From the NCBI GenBank assembly GCA_047617785.1, contig JBLGBK010000005.1, positions 1 to 48,308 of the forward strand: 48,308 bases of DNA, read 5' to 3'. Of the stretch, positions 46,622 through 48,308 are shown one piece after another (positions within the stretch are counted from its first letter, which is position 1; every line of letters begins with the position of its first letter). The notes beneath the pieces were generated by a model that was not told the DNA's origin, did not search any database, and saw only the letters and a list, made by a program, of their open reading frames with translations. The position numbers were made by a program, and so were the translations under genes. This stretch comes from Colwellia polaris (GTDB lineage: Archaea > Nanohalarchaeota > Nanosalinia > Nanosalinales > Nanosalinaceae).

Positions 46622-47758
46622 ATGAAAACTGTAATAGCGCGTTACTCCGAAATAGGAAGCAAGTCTGGCCAGGTCCGGAGCAAGATGCACCAAGTACTGA
46701 GAGAACGCGTAAACAACCGTCTGAAACACGAAGGAATTGATTTTGAGAAAGTAAGTACAAGCCGCGGACGAATAATAGTGGAAAATACCAAAGCGAAGAA
46801 AGCAGCAGAACACGTAGCTGATACCCCCGGAATCGCATCAGCCTCCCCTTGTCTCAAAACCTGTTCAGATATAGATAATATAAGTGAAACAGCAGGTAAA
46901 CTTGAAGTAGGAGACACCTTCGGAGTTGAAACTAATAGAGCAGGCGAACACAGCTTTGATAGCCACGAAGTGAACGTGGAAGTTGGAAGCCATATAGAAG
47001 AGGAAACAGGATCCTCAGTTGACCTGGATAACCCTGATACCTGGCTGAGAATTGATATTCGACAGGATACAACTTATGTATTCAATCAGCGCATTGAAGG
47101 GGTTGGCGGACTTCCTACAGGAGTCAATTCCGATATGGCTGCCTTAATAAGCGGCGGAATCGATTCTCCGGTAGCGGCTTTCGAAGTTATGCGACGCGGA
47201 TCAAGCATTACACCAATTTATTTCTACAACAAACCTATAGCTGCTGAAGACCATATAATGCGTTTTGAAGCCGCAGTAAGAGAGCTAAAGAGATATCACC
47301 CTAGCAAGAAATGGTTTTACATCCGAGTTGACTTCGAAGAAGTTAACCAGATTTTAATGAATAAGGTTGAGCGAGGCAGAATGGTTTTACATCGCGCATT
47401 AATGTTCAGAGTTGCCGAAGAACTAGCTGAGGAGTATGGTCTGAAAGGTATTGTTTCCGGAGAGGCACTCGGACAGAAGTCTTCTCAAACAGCCAGCAAT
47501 CTAAAGTTGACTTCCAGAAGTCTAGATACTCCAATCCATCGACCATTACTGACCTCTGACAAGAACAAGATTGTGGAGAGATCTAAGCGCTTAGATACTT
47601 TTGAGTTGTCGAAGATCGATTCTGCGTGCAGAAGTATTTCTCCAGATAACCCTGCCACTAATTTAAGTAGAGATGACTTTGAAAGCTTGAAAAAGCGCGT
47701 AGGTTTCGAAGATCTGGTGGATAATGCGATTTCAAGTTCTGAAAAAGTAAGGATTTAA
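46622..47758 (+). CDS. thiI: tRNA 4-thiouridine synthase ThiI (THUMP + PP-loop, no rhodanese domain)
   Basis: RYSEIGSK, GVGGLP, SGGIDSPVA, GEALGQKSSQT, RPL. Confidence 0.95.
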   Translation: MKTVIARYSEIGSKSGQVRSKMHQVLRERVNNRLKHEGIDFEKVSTSRGRIIVENTKAKKAAEHVADTPGIASASPCLKTCSDIDNISETAGKLEVGDTFGVETNRAGEHSFDSHEVNVEVGSHIEEETGSSVDLDNPDTWLRIDIRQDTTYVFNQRIEGVGGLPTGVNSDMAALISGGIDSPVAAFEVMRRGSSITPIYFYNKPIAAEDHIMRFEAAVRELKRYHPSKKWFYIRVDFEEVNQILMNKVERGRMVLHRALMFRVAEELAEEYGLKGIVSGEALGQKSSQTASNLKLTSRSLDTPIHRPLLTSDKNKIVERSKRLDTFELSKIDSACRSISPDNPATNLSRDDFESLKKRVGFEDLVDNAISSSEKVRI

Positions 47759-47838
47759 AAAGAATTTCCATTCAGTTGGTTGCACAGGGAAGTGTAGAAA
47801 ATCCCTTTACCACACTACAAAACCAGGTGAAATACAAT

Positions 47839-48129
47839 ATGAGCTTAGCAGATACAAAAGAAGAGGCCGAAGCCGTACTGGACTCCGCAGAAATGGTTAT
47901 CGAAACCATGCCGCGTTCCGATACAACGCGCGAACTGGAGAGAAAGATTTCCGAGCTAGAATCCGAGATCCAGGATCCTGACTCTGAGAGAGCTTTAAAG
48001 AAGCTTATCGACGATATAAGAGAATTAATGGACCAGATTCAAGAAGAACCTATGGATGAACCTATGGGCGGTCCTGATCAGGGTATGGGCGAAGGTATGC
48101 CTCCTGACGACGATGTACCTCCTATCTAA
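47839..48129 (+). CDS. Hypothetical acidic helical protein with Pro/Met-rich tail
   Basis: ATG 47839 preceded by AGGTGA. Confidence 0.7.
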   Translation: MSLADTKEEAEAVLDSAEMVIETMPRSDTTRELERKISELESEIQDPDSERALKKLIDDIRELMDQIQEEPMDEPMGGPDQGMGEGMPPDDDVPPI

Positions 48130-48174
48130 GGGTTATTACAACCCCTAGCTTTATCTTCTATTCTATTTTTAGAT

Positions 48175-48190
48175 AAAAAATAAAAAAAAA
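48175..48190 (-). terminator. Oligo-T archaeal-type terminator
   Basis: Long A run on + (T run on -) just after the stop at 48196. Confidence 0.55.
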
Positions 48191-48195
48191 GGAAT

Positions 48196-48306
48196 TTATT
48201 GCGAAGCGGAAGGTGTTTCCGGCCTTTGTGAGGAACTATTCGTAGAGTTACCTCTTTCTACCTCTTCAACTTCAACATCTTTCCCTGCTACCCCACTTTC
48301 GGAGAT
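48196..48306 (-). CDS. C-terminal fragment of a gene entering from the window edge
   Basis: Open frame ...ISESGVAGKDVEVEEVERGNSTNSSSQRPETPSASQ*, followed by an oligo-T tract. Confidence 0.5.
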   Translation of the reverse strand: MSESGVAGKDVEVEEVERGNSTNSSSQRPETPSASQ

Positions 48307-48308
48307 AA

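Noticed and set aside
1-48308. CRISPR arrays, rRNA, inteins, reverse transcriptase or DGR
   Set aside because: No regularly spaced repeats, rRNA motifs, oversized core proteins or RT motifs seen by eye

Overview
Core-genome segment of a small-genome halophilic archaeon. The very acidic proteins, moderate GC, tight gene packing and TATA-like boxes about 25 nt before many start codons point to a DPANN Nanohaloarchaeota member (inference). It carries a translation/secretion superoperon (rpl18a-pfdA-ftsY ... srp54-pus10-rpl21e-rpo4-DUF655-rsmA-pyrG-hemK-like), SRP RNA, tRNA-Cys, cysS, ileS, thiI, hef, a type IV pilus-type ATPase with prepilin peptidase and archaeosortase, a HerA-like ATPase, a NUDIX/phosphatase cluster and two large surface proteins. 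I found no CRISPR array, integrase or transposase. Best leads: (1) a putative leaderless Cys-codon uORF inside a folded leader directly upstream of cysS, a candidate archaeal leader-peptide attenuator; (2) an SRP RNA with bacterial large-type architecture, lacking helix 6 and carrying a UGAC tetraloop; (3) a DUF460 gene that apparently starts at CTG, in frame with the hef stop codon; (4) several intact genes whose catalytic residues are replaced; (5) a tRNA-Cys with a paired A18/G55 change. Several genes missed or mis-started in the ORF track were recovered by hand translation. Family assignments come from motif recognition, not database searches.
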